Assembly: GCA_016748015.1 (NCBI GenBank)
Contig: JAAOMT010000436.1
Location: 548,703-612,702, forward strand
Source of the DNA: Geosiphon pyriformis uo1
Taxonomy: Eukaryota > Fungi > Glomeromycota
Direction of reading: 5' to 3'
DNA length: 64,000 bases
This document shows, in pieces, positions 41,278 through 52,041 of the stretch. The notes under the pieces were generated by a model. The model was not told the origin of the DNA, searched no databases, and worked only from the letters and a program-made list of their open reading frames with translations. Numbering within the stretch: position 1 is the stretch's first letter; each line of letters begins with the position of its first letter. The position numbers and the translations under genes are program-made.

Positions 41278-42161
41278 TGTTACAAATGATTATTTGGGGT
41301 CTCAAATCAAATAACAAATCCATAACTTGATGCTCAATATCTTGACAATGCTGGTTTCACTGGTATTTGGATTGTATCTGAAGGTTTTTAGAGTTAAGTC
41401 CTTTGTATAATAAACAGAGATTTAATGATGATGTAGTTGGTTGGTGAGTTGTGTTCCCAATTTCTGTTTTCAGCTTGGTGGCCAGTTTATTTTGGCATTT
41501 GTGCCCTTCTGGTAAGCTATCTGTTAATATATATATAATTTTACCCTTATTTCTGGGTCTTTTATCAGACTATTCATGATGTCAATTACTCAGCGCTTTA
41601 ATCTTTAATTAGTTAGTATACAACAATAAAATCAAAAGAAGAAAGAAATAAAAGAAAATAAAGAAATGAGCCAAGGTGATATGCAAGTTAGTATCTCATT
41701 AATAGCTGTGATCAAAAGTTATTGTTCTAGCATGGTTAAGTATTAATTACTATTAACATAAAGTGTTAATAGTAAAGAGTAGATTTGGATGGTAAATGAT
41801 TTATTTATTTAATATTTGTTGATGGAAGATTTCTAACTAAAAGATTCTGTCTTTTTCTACTTTTAACATTACCACTATATATACATAATTGATGTTCTAT
41901 GAAATTGCTCACATTCCCGAGTGATATGTTATGATTTCTTAAGCAATGCTCACATTGCTGAACAATGTGCCCTAATTTTCTAATATTGCTCCATATTGCT
42001 GAGCAATGTGCTGTGTTTTCTGACATTGCTCCACATTGTTGAGCAATGTGCCATGATTTCTGATATTGCTCCATATTGCTAAGGAATATGCTCATGTGCT
42101 AAATACTATTTTCTTATTGGTCTACTATTTTTTTATATCTGTTTTCTTTTTATGAGTAACA
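41278..42161 (-). repeat. Gypsy A 5' LTR (884 bp) with ~40-bp tandem units
   Basis: Direct repeat of 32086-32869, with extra units at ~41940-42090. Confidence 0.93.
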
Positions 42162-43216
42162 GCGGAAACATTGATACCATGAACATTACACATCACAAAT
42201 TTTCAAACAAAATCACTCATTGGGGAGAAAGAGAAGTAGACAATCCCAAAACAGAGCACAAATAATCCAATCTTTCCAAGACAAATTCAACTGACACCTC
42301 TAAAGCCACCATCTTGGATTCTAATTTACCCATCTTGGTGGTTAAAACTTTAGAACTACTTGAACTAAGATTAGCAACTGAGTCTGTAATAACAACTGAA
42401 AGAGAGAAAAAAGAAGACGCCAGTGTTCTATCTAAAGCCATTTCTAAGTCCAAATTAGACACTACAGGTGCAAAGACAACCAGAGGAGGGACATGAAAAT
42501 TGGATGCCAAAAGTACTAATTCCATAAAGCTCAATTTCGTTATAATAGCCAAAACCTGGTCTGTCAAAAGCTCCAAAGAGCATTCTAGAGAAACCAATTA
42601 ATCAACCAAGCAGGAATTACCAAGAGAGTTAGAAACCAGCAAGCCAGATTTAGCACCTGAAAATGAACCAGTACAAAAAGGACCTGACAAAACCACACAA
42701 AAAGAATAACTGCTAGCAATCTGTGTCCAAGTCTTTCCACCAAAAGAAACTGGACAAACAATTGGTGCCTGTTTCTTCTTATATATGTTGGCCAAACAGA
42801 CCTGATCCTGAGAAATTACCATCTGCTTACCACAAGCACCAGAATTCTCACTCAATGAACACACTGTAGAGATATGACCCAATTGTTTACACTTGGTACA
42901 ACAAGCCAGAGAAAAACCAGCCCAGCACAAATTTACATCTTTATAAACTGGAATAGAATTAATAGCAGCCAATTTGGATGTTTCATTTTTAAAACAGACC
43001 CCTGCATATCTGTTACATACATAAGAACTAGAATTGTGACCAATAAAACAGGTCTTTTCACCATATGATTCAAGTAAACCAGACAAATCATGAGCAGTGG
43101 TACCAATTGGTAAAGTATAGAGCAAACTCCTATGCTGATCCCTAAATATTCAAAATTGTTTATCTTCAATTGTCAAGACAACTCACACAGAATTCTTTCC
43201 CACAAAAACTGACCAT

Positions 43217-44184
43217 TGTTACCAGAGGTTTTTGGGTCTTTTTTCTTCAATATTGTTGATACCTGTTTACTGTGAATTCACGTTTTCTGGATGTGGTTGA
43301 ACCTCCAGTAACTGAATTTATCTTCAAATTATCTCCTATAATTTGAACTGCTGGGCTTATAAGTGGAATGGCCAATTTTGTGCCAGTTACTTTGTATAGT
43401 TACATTGTAGTAAATGTCAACTCTTTCTCAGGAATTGCTTATCTGAAAGTTCACTAAAATGTGTAGTTACTTTGCTGTGAAAGTCAACTCTTCTACAGAA
43501 ATCTTGTCTGTATGCTACTCTAATAATTGTAATAAGAAAATAAAAGAAAAATAAAATAAATGTAAAAGAAAAAGTAAAACTGATGATTTATAGAAGTCGT
43601 TTTGGATCCAGGCCTGGAAGTGCTTTAACAGTCTTACTGAAATTGGTAGCTAATCAATTTCAAACTGTTAGTAAGGATTGATTAATTTCAAGAGAAATAA
43701 TTTAAAAATTTGATTTTTCGAATTATTTGATATTTATTTTGTTTTTGTATGTAAAGGATGATTCTAATTATTAAATCTGAAGTAAGATACATTTCCTTGA
43801 AGAGAGAAGCTCTTCTTTTATACAACTTGTCATAACACTATTCTATGAACTTAAACTTTGCTATTTTCTATAATTTTGCTGAACTAATGATACATTTCAG
43901 CAAACTACAAGTTATTTCTGCAAACTATTAGATATTTCGGCAAATTTCTTACAAATTTTGGTGAATTTTTTAAATGTTACATAATTTGGGGTATTGCATG
44001 ATTGATCATCACAATTAGGTTACATTTGTGTTATGTACAAATTGAGTTATTAATTAAATGATAATTTCGGATATTTTGCTAATGTAATAAGTGATAATTT
44101 GAAATGATAATATATGCTAATTAATGATAAGATTTATAAGAGTAATTTCATGCTAAACAATATCTTTAATTTCGTCTGGTAATA
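43217..44184 (-). repeat. Gypsy B 3' LTR
   Basis: Direct repeat of 51088-52041; termini TGTTACCAGA...TCTGGTAATA form an inverted repeat. Confidence 0.93.
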
Positions 44185-44871
44185 TAACCTCCTCCTCAAG
44201 ACTGAGCTCTGTCGAAATCCAAGTACTGTCTGTAATTTCCAGATAGTAATCCAAAATTATTGAAGAAATTTGGTCTAAAAATTGTTGAAATTTCAGTTCT
44301 GTGAGCTTTCCAATGTATTGAATCTTCAAAGGCTGTAAAATTGGGTTTTGTAGAACGTTTTCACAGGTGTGGAATAGGTTATAAAGTCTAAGGGCAGCTC
44401 TTAGTTTATAATGACTGTTTGTAGGTCCAGCTGTTGTCTTGAATTCATTGTGAAATTGTTTCTGAATAGCTTCTTTTGTGAGGTTTGCTGATGTAAGCTC
44501 TAGTTTTTGCTCATAAAGTGTTTTTCCAATATAGAAATATCTATATATTGGGGGGTATTTGTCATTTTCTTCATTAAGACACAGTTGAAGTTTTTGTTGA
44601 ATAGTAGTATTTAGTAGAATACTAATAGGAGTGAGCAATAAATTTTTTCTTAAAGCAAGCTTCAAAAGTTTTGGTAAATAAATTTCAGAATAACTTCTTG
44701 TGTTCTTCCTATAAAAGTGATACTTTCGTGAATTTGGGGCTAGATTTGTAACTATTTCTGTTTGGGTATAATTAATATGTTTTCCAGTAATAGTATGGAT
44801 AATTCGGGTATTGTTTTTAAAGCTAACATTAGTTTTTGGAATAATTGTTGAATGTTTTGAGGAATAGTCAT
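44153..44871 (-). pseudogene. Gypsy B ORF3 (env position); open 170-codon C-terminal part 44153-44665, probable start MTIPQNIQQLFQ at 44871 in another frame
   Basis: Homologous to Gypsy A ORF3; reads through the PPT into the LTR. Confidence 0.75.
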
Positions 44872-44992
44872 TATATGAGATTTGAAAATAAAAGAAAATT
44901 ATTTTTGGTGCATGGGTTTTTATGTTATTTTGTTTTGTTTTTGTGAGATTGTTTCTAAATTATAAGAAAATAACTATAATAATAAATTTAAT

Positions 44993-46380
44993 TTAAGTGT
45001 TCAAGTTGGGAGGTTGTTCAATGACAACTATTGGTTCTAAATTCCAGGGAATATCTTCAGGATTGATTAAAAAGGAATGTGTGCCAATTTGTGGAATTAA
45101 TGGTTCGGATTGTTTCTGGAATTATAGTGTTTCAAATAATCTCCATGTGCAACTTTTGCTAGGATTTTGTCATCAAGTCTTAGCTTATATGATCTATTGC
45201 CTAGAATTTTATGAATAAAAAATGATTCATCTCATTTATTTTCAAATTTTTCACTCTATTGTTTTTCAGCTTTAGTTCTGTGTAAGAGAACTTTATTTCC
45301 AACTTTAAATTCATTGGTAATAGGTGGTAATTTGTTGTCATGTCTTTCTTTTTGTTAAGCTTGAGAATGTTCAATATGAGTTGCTGCTATTTGTCGTTTT
45401 CTTTTCAATGTGCTAAGCAGAGTGTAGGCTCTTCATTGTAGTGTTTCCTGGAAATTGTTTTTATTAATTGGTTGTGCTAAGTATGTTTCCACTGTGAAAC
45501 TAATTGGTAATGTTGCTATCCTTCCGTAAGTTAAATCAAATGGTGTGTGTTTTGTGGTATCTTGTTTTAATGTTCTATATGCTAGTAACACTGATGGAAT
45601 AAAGATATCTCACTCTTGCTCAAAATCGGTTGAGACTTTGGCTAATGACTCACACAATGTTCTGTTAAAACATTCTACAAGTCTGTTTGTTTGTGGATGG
45701 TAGAGTGAAGACAGAGGCCTTTTGACATTGAATTGTTCGCAAATTTCTTGTATCAGGTTGTTTACAAAGTGTGTTCCTTGATCAGATAAAAGTTTAATTA
45801 GACATCCATGTCTACAAATGATGTCTTTGTAGATGAAATTTGCTACTGATTTTGCATCTGCTCATTGAATGGCTCTGGCTTCGGGCCATTTAGTAAGATA
45901 GTCTACAGCTACTGCAATATAATGATTTCCTTGAGTGATAATAGATAGTGGTCCAACTAAATCGATACCAACTCAGTCAAAGGGTTGTCCAACTTTGATT
46001 GGATTTAATGGTTCAGTAGGGTGTGTTTCTTCTCTTCTTTGACAACTATCATAAAATTCGACATATTTGTGAATGTCTTTTCTCATTCGAGGCCAAAAGT
46101 AGTATTCTAGTGTTCTTTGGGTGGTACTGTTTTTTCCAAAGTGTGCTGATAAAGGATCTAAGTACATGTTGTATAATATAGTCTCTTTTTCCTGTTCTTG
46201 TATTAATCTGGTTTGTCAGGGTTTTTGAAATTTTGATGATAAATAATGTTGTTGTATAGAAAATATTGTTTGGCTTGTTGTTGTAGTCGATGTTTTTCAT
46301 CTGGAGACCAATCTATTGGGATTGTTAATGTTTCCAAATATTTTTTGAGATTGTTGTAGTTTTCCAAATTCATTGTTTGT
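44993..46380 (-). pseudogene. Gypsy B integrase
   Basis: LSAHFG, YFWP, DSCQ, DYLTKWPEA, SDQGTHF, YHPQTNRLVE. Confidence 0.88.
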
Positions 46381-46439
46381 TGGCTGTTTTGGTTGGTTAA
46401 GTTGAGTGTTGGTTTTTGTGTTTTCTAATCTTGTCTCAT

Positions 46440-47790
46440 TCTGAAGAGACAATCAACATTGGTGTGGAGTTTTCCTGGTTTGTGATGTACTATGTATTGA
46501 TAGTTTGCTAGAAATTCTGTCCATCAGGTTTGTTTTGCATTCAGCTAAGTATTTTTGTTCTGAAACCATTTGAATCCAATATTATCAGTGATAATATCGA
46601 ATTCCTTTGGCTGGAAATAAAGGTTGAAATAATGTAGGGCCCAAATTATGGCTGCTGTTTCCAATTCAGTGGCAGGATAATTTTTTTCAGCTGGTTTTGA
46701 TGTTCTGCTAGCATAGACAATTACTTGCTCGTTTTCATTGTCATCCAATTGTGATAGGATAGCACCAAAGGCAGTATAAAAGGCATCTGTTGCTAATCGG
46801 AATTGGTTGCCGAAATCTGGGTAGGCAAGAATTGGAGCTGTCATTAGTTTTTTTTTGAGGATTTCAAATGCATTTTGGCATTCAGCAGTCCATTTGTATT
46901 CGACGTTTTTGGTGGTAAGCTGGTTGAGAGGTTTTGCGATTTCTGAGAATTTTTTGATAAACTTCTGAAAGTAGGAGGCTAATTCTATGAATCCTCTTAG
47001 TTCTGTAGTGTTTTGAAGAATTTTGAAGTTTTTGACAGCACTGATTTTTTCAGGGTCCGGTTTGATTCCATCTTTACTAATAATATGACCAAGGAAGGCC
47101 AAGTTTGTTTTTTCAAAGTAGTATTTTTCAATGTTGAGTTTTAGTCCTGCTTTTCATAATCGTTAAAAAACTTCTCACAGGTGTTTTAAGTGTAATTTGA
47201 ACGATGGAGAATAAACATCAGTATTGTCAAGATAAATGACTACTGACTTCTAAAGGAGTCCTTGGTACACAATATCTATTAATCTCTGAAACATTGCTGG
47301 TGCATTGCATAATCCGAAAAGCATTACATTGAACTTGTAATTTCCGCCTTGGGTGGTGAATGCTGTTTTGGGGCAATCTTTGGAATCCATTGCAACTTGC
47401 CAGTAACTGCTTTCTAAATCTAGTGTTGAAAAGTATTTGGATTTTCCAAGGGCATCTAACATGTCATCAATTCGGGGAAGGGGGTAGGCATCTCCAATTG
47501 TAACACTGTTGAGTTGTTGATAGTCAACACAAAATCATATCTTTCCATTTTTCTTTTTAACTAGCACTACAAGTAAAGCCCAAAGACTTATGGAGGGTTG
47601 GATGAGCCCATTGTTAAGCATTCATTGTACTTCTTTTCAGATGAATTGGTGGCTTTCTAGGACAACTCAATATGCTTGTTGTCTTTTTAGTTTGGCATCT
47701 CCTGTATAAATTTGGTGTTAAACCAAATTGGTTCTTCTTAAGTCATTGTTGTTTTCAGCAAAAATATTGGCAAATTCTGCAATTAGCTCT
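46440..47790 (-). pseudogene. Gypsy B RT and RNase H
   Basis: FSTLDL, TAFTT, FGLCNAPAMFQR, VIYLDN, ATDA, YASR, ELETAA, ITDN. Confidence 0.92.
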
Positions 47791-48263
47791 TTGAGCTGGC
47801 TTCATTGTTGTGATTCAAGTTGTCCCATGTTAATTCGAGATAGTTTTTCCATACCAACATAGTAGTTTTCAGAGCTAGGGTTTGGATTGATTTTTGATAG
47901 TGAATGTCCAATGATTTCCAAAAAATTGGTGACTGTTTGGGGTAATTTTTGTTGAAATATATTACTGTGAATAACTCCAATTTCTAAGTTATTTAATAAA
48001 ACTATGGGGTAATTATTGGGGTTGTAAAAAGTAACTCGGACTTTCTTTGTTCTTTCTGGAATATAAATGTTTGAGATCAAAATATTATGTTCCAAGCAGA
48101 CTTGTTTATTGGACTCAAAAATTTGTTGTGTGGTTGTTGGCTTTGGGCAGGTGTAGATTTTCGGATGTTCTCCAAAGGGTAAGATGGTAATTGGTTGTGG
48201 AAGTCTGAGAATCTGATGAGATTCATTCTGTGTGTTAAGAGCTATATTAACTGGAACTGTGAA

Positions 48264-48700
48264 TCATCCAGTTGAACCAAAACCTTGGGTTCCTCTATCA
48301 CTTTTTCCTAATTTTTCTCTTTGATTGACTAGTTGCAAACCTGAAATGTTGATTAGAAGTAGGTAAATAGCTTGGGCAATTTTTTCAGCATGGTTGATCT
48401 TGAATGGTTTGTTAGTTTCATTTTGAAGCATCACTGTAATGTCTCCAGTATATTCAGCATTGATTATTTCTCCTCTGACATTGATTTTTTTGCTTGCCAA
48501 AGAGGACCAGGAGACAATTTGAACCATTGCTCCTAGCGGGATTTCATGTGCAATTTTGAGGTTGATTTTTGTGAGAGATTTGGGTTTGAGAACAAGAGTA
48601 TCCTTGTCTGAATATCTTAGGTCATATCCAGCATTAATTTCATGTGCTTTTTCGGGTTTTATTCCTTGTCCATTGTTGTTGAAGTATTTGAGTTGTAAGG
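48264..48700 (-). pseudogene. dut: Gypsy B dUTPase domain
   Basis: AGYDL, SWSSL (RSS decayed), GEIINAEYTGDI, KIAQ, DRGTQGFGSTG. Confidence 0.92.
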
Positions 48701-48809
48701 CAGGCTGATTTTTAATAAGATAGATGGGTGTTGTTTCAATTTCTTCCATTGTTTTAGGTTCTCCAAATTCAATTTTGTTCTCATTACTTTTGCTAGACAA
48801 GGGGATTCT

Positions 48810-49440
48810 AAAAGCATAGCATTCAGGACACCACTGTTCATCACAAGGCATAATGCATTTTTCACATAGCCTAATGTTCATTTGTTCTAATTATTGAATT
48901 TGAACTTCTTGGGTTGGGTAAGTGTGACTTGCAATTTGGTGGTAGATTTTTACTTCATCTTCATAATCAAATCCAGCTAATTCCATGGTGTATTCAATGT
49001 ATTCTGCTTCCTTCATTTGACAGATATCTTCTTTGGTAGCTTCATTAATTAATGCCATTGCTAGGTTAAAAATCATCTCAGCATCATGAGGGTAGTAATA
49101 AAGTTTGTTGAGAGCACTGTTGTATGCTGCATTAAAGGGTGTTCCTCTTTTTACTTTTTCTGAAATTGATAAAGCATATTGGCAGGTCTGATTGCAGACT
49201 CCTCTTTTCATTGTTACATCAATCCAATTACATTCTTTCAATAGCATATCTTTACAAGTTAAACAAAGAGTGTTGTCTTATTTTCCACTTTTTTTTATTA
49301 GATGGCTCCATCGTTTTCTGTGGCAAGCCTTGCAGTAGTAACAAGTATGATTTTCATATTCTTCTTCAGGTGAAATGCAGGCTCCCATTGATGATAGTTT
49401 CTTGTGGCAGTCTTTACATTTAAGGGGAATGTAGAGGCAT
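48810..49440 (-). pseudogene. Gypsy B Cys-rich domain
   Basis: CKDC, CKAC, CLTC, CNQTCQY, CEKC, CPEC. Confidence 0.75.
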
Positions 49441-49639
49441 TGTTTTCTTGGTTCAGGCTTTAAGTAAGGGATATTCCATCCAGGAGTTTCGGGTTCAGAG
49501 TGTGGTGTAAAATGTTCTTGTTCAGTTTTGTCAGCCTAATTAGACGTTGATCCAAGAGCCATGAATGTTTTGATTATTGGTTTTTCTTCTTTTGGTTTGA
49601 ATTCAAAAGCCGGGACTTTTTCGAAGCATTTGTTAAATG

Positions 49640-51064
49640 TACCACAAGTGGCAGGTACTTGGGCATGTTGTCTTTGGTAAGAGATTTGTAGTTCTTGGGT
49701 TTCCCAGTCTAATTTTGCATTGGCTTTTTGAAGCCAATCATTTTCGACAAGGGCTTGATACTAGGGAGCATTTATTACAAGAACTTTGACTGAAATGGTG
49801 ATTCCATCAAGAGTGAATGGAAAATTGTCAATTTCTCCTACTGGAGTCTTTTTTATGCCATCAGTAGTGACAATTACTGTCTGAGCTGATTGGTTAACAT
49901 TTTTTTTTAACTGTTGCATCAACTGGTAGGTAATGATGCTTCTGACGGATCCACTGTCTAGGATCAAGTGAATTGGCTTTTCTTCTGCTTCAGCTTCTGT
50001 GTACATTGCAGTGATGGCTTTTTGCTCATTAGCCGCTGCATTGCTAAGCAAGAATGGTGATTCATTTGCTTCAAATTCAAAGGGGAATATATCTGAAAAG
50101 TTGGCATTTTCAGCAATTCTGGCTGGTGGGATTGTGATAGGAGTATAGGAAGAGTTTTGTTGTTGTGCTGCAGCTCTACCTTCCAAGAGTGCAGTATAGT
50201 GAAAATTCTGTTCTTTAGGTATTGTTAAATAACTGGGTTGAGTGTGATAGTGGTTGGGTCTTGGTTGAGCAGAATTTTGGGGAACCAGTTGGTTGTTTGA
50301 ACTGATTCTATTGTTGTTTACTTGGTATCGGTTTTGTGATGTGAATTGGTTTTGTGGAGTCAATTTTCGAGCAGGTACTTGGTAATGTTGTGTGGGTGGT
50401 TGTTGGTATTGCTGTTGGATCAGCTGTGGGATGGGCTGATAATAGTTACTTTGGTATTGGGGTCTTGGTGGATAGTAAGCTGGTACTGGTGGTGGATAAT
50501 AAGATTGTTGTGGTGGAGGGTAACGTTGATTACTCCTATTTTGTTGATTTCATTGTAACTTTCTGCAATCTTTTTTTCAGTGGCCAGAGATTTCACAGTA
50601 ATGGCAATTCTAGGCTGGTTATTAGAAAGTGGTGCAGAGTTATTTTGATTTCATCTTTGGGGAGTTTAATATCTTTGGGTTTGCTGTTATTGATTGGTAA
50701 AATAGCTTTCAACCTTCTTTGTCAGTTGGTCAATTTTCTCTTCAGCTACTGAGCTGGTTTCTTCAATTGCCAAATTTACAAGTTTTGTGTGATTGGTTTC
50801 TTCCATAGCCATTTCATATCTTTTTGCATGCTGTATGGCAGAGTTTAAATCTTTTGGGGCATGTGGGCGAACTTTTTTAATCAGTTTATCTTTTAGACCA
50901 GCGATAAATTAATCCAAGATTTGAGTGTCAGAATAATAATCATTAGTTTCAAGTTGGCGAATTTGTCTGAGAAGTTTGTTGAATTTTCTAATATAAGTCA
51001 TGACAGATTCGGAGGGTTCTTGTTTAATATTTCAAAAACGATTGCAAAGAGTGATGGAGGTATT
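49640..51064 (-). pseudogene. Gypsy B gag C-terminal part and protease
   Basis: Capsid-like IKQEPSESVMTY...FIAGLKDKL; Q/N/P-rich linker; protease HLILDSGSVRSII. Confidence 0.85.
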
Positions 51065-51083
51065 AGATGTGTATAAGAGACAG
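51065..51083 (+). other. Tn5 mosaic end / Nextera adapter sequence (probable assembly artifact)
   Basis: Exact 19-mer AGATGTGTATAAGAGACAG at the point where gag abruptly meets the LTR. Confidence 0.93.
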
Positions 51084-51087
51084 ATGC

Positions 51088-52041
51088 TGTTATCGGAGGT
51101 TTTTGGTCTCTTTTCTTCAATGTTGTTGATACCTGTTTGCTGTGAATTCACGTTTTTGGGTGTGGTTGAACCTCCAGTAACTGAATTTATTTTCAAATTA
51201 TCTCCTATAATTTGAACTGCTGGAATGGCCAATTTTGTGCCAGTTACTTTGTATAGTTACATTGTAGTAAACATCAACTCTTTCCCAGGAATTGCTTATC
51301 TGAAAGCTCACTAAAATGTGTAGTTACTTTGCTGTGAAAGTCAACTCTTCTACAGAAATCTTGTCTGTATGCTACTCTAATGATTATAATAAGAAAATAA
51401 AAGAAAAATAAAAGAAATGTAAAAGAAAAAGTAAAACTGATAATTTATGGAAGTCATTTCGGATCCAGGCCTGGAAGTGCTTTAACAGTTTTACTGAAAT
51501 TGGTAGCTAATCAATTTCAAACTGTTAGTAAGGATTGGTTAATTTCAAGGGAAATAATTTAAAAATTTGATTTTTCGAATTATTTGATATTTATTTTGTT
51601 TTTGTATATAAAGGATAATTCTAATTATTAAATCTGAAGTAAGATACATTTTCTCGAAGAGAAAAGCTCTTCTTTTATACAACTTGTCGTAACATTATTC
51701 TATAAACTTGAACTTTGCTATTTTCTATAATTTTGTTGAACTAATGATACATTTCAGCAAACTACAAGTTATTTCTGCAAACTATTAAATATTTTGGCAA
51801 ATTTTTTACAAATTTCAGCAAACTTTTTGAATGTTACATAGTTTGGGGTATTGCATAATTGATTATCGCAATTAGGTTACATTTGTGTTATGTACAAATT
51901 AGATTATTAATTAAATGATAATTTCGGATATTTTGCTAATGTAATAAGTAATAATTTGAAATGATAATATATGCTAATTAATAATAATATTTATAAGGAT
52001 AATTTCATGCTAAACAATATCTCTAATTTCGTCTGGTAACA
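51088..52041 (-). repeat. Gypsy B 5' LTR
   Basis: TGTTAT...GGTAACA; repeat of 43217-44184. Confidence 0.92.

Larger units (their letters stand above)
32086..42161 (-). mobile_element. Gypsy A: full-length Ty3/Gypsy LTR retrotransposon with dUTPase, inactivated
   Basis: Two LTRs TGTTA...TAACA; 4-bp TSD GTGG (32082-32085) / GCGG (42162-42165); PBS and PPT present; order gag-PR-DUT-RT-RH-IN. Confidence 0.95.
43217..52041 (-). mobile_element. Gypsy B: Ty3/Gypsy LTR retrotransposon with dUTPase; PBS and gag N-terminus missing at an adapter-like junction
   Basis: LTRs 43217-44184 and 51088-52041; TSD CCAT at 43213-43216 and 52042-52045; PPT GAGGAGGAGG at 44188-44197. Confidence 0.93.

Noticed and set aside
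41940-42090. CRISPR-like array
   Set aside because: The units are contiguous tandem repeats without unique spacers, lie inside an LTR, and no cas genes are present.
44153-44871. ORF3 as a retroviral envelope protein
   Set aside because: It is short, and I see no signal peptide, furin site or transmembrane anchor.
51065-51083. Real bacterial Tn5/IS50 insertion or horizontal transfer
   Set aside because: The sequence is the synthetic mosaic end, with no transposase, second end or 9-bp TSD.
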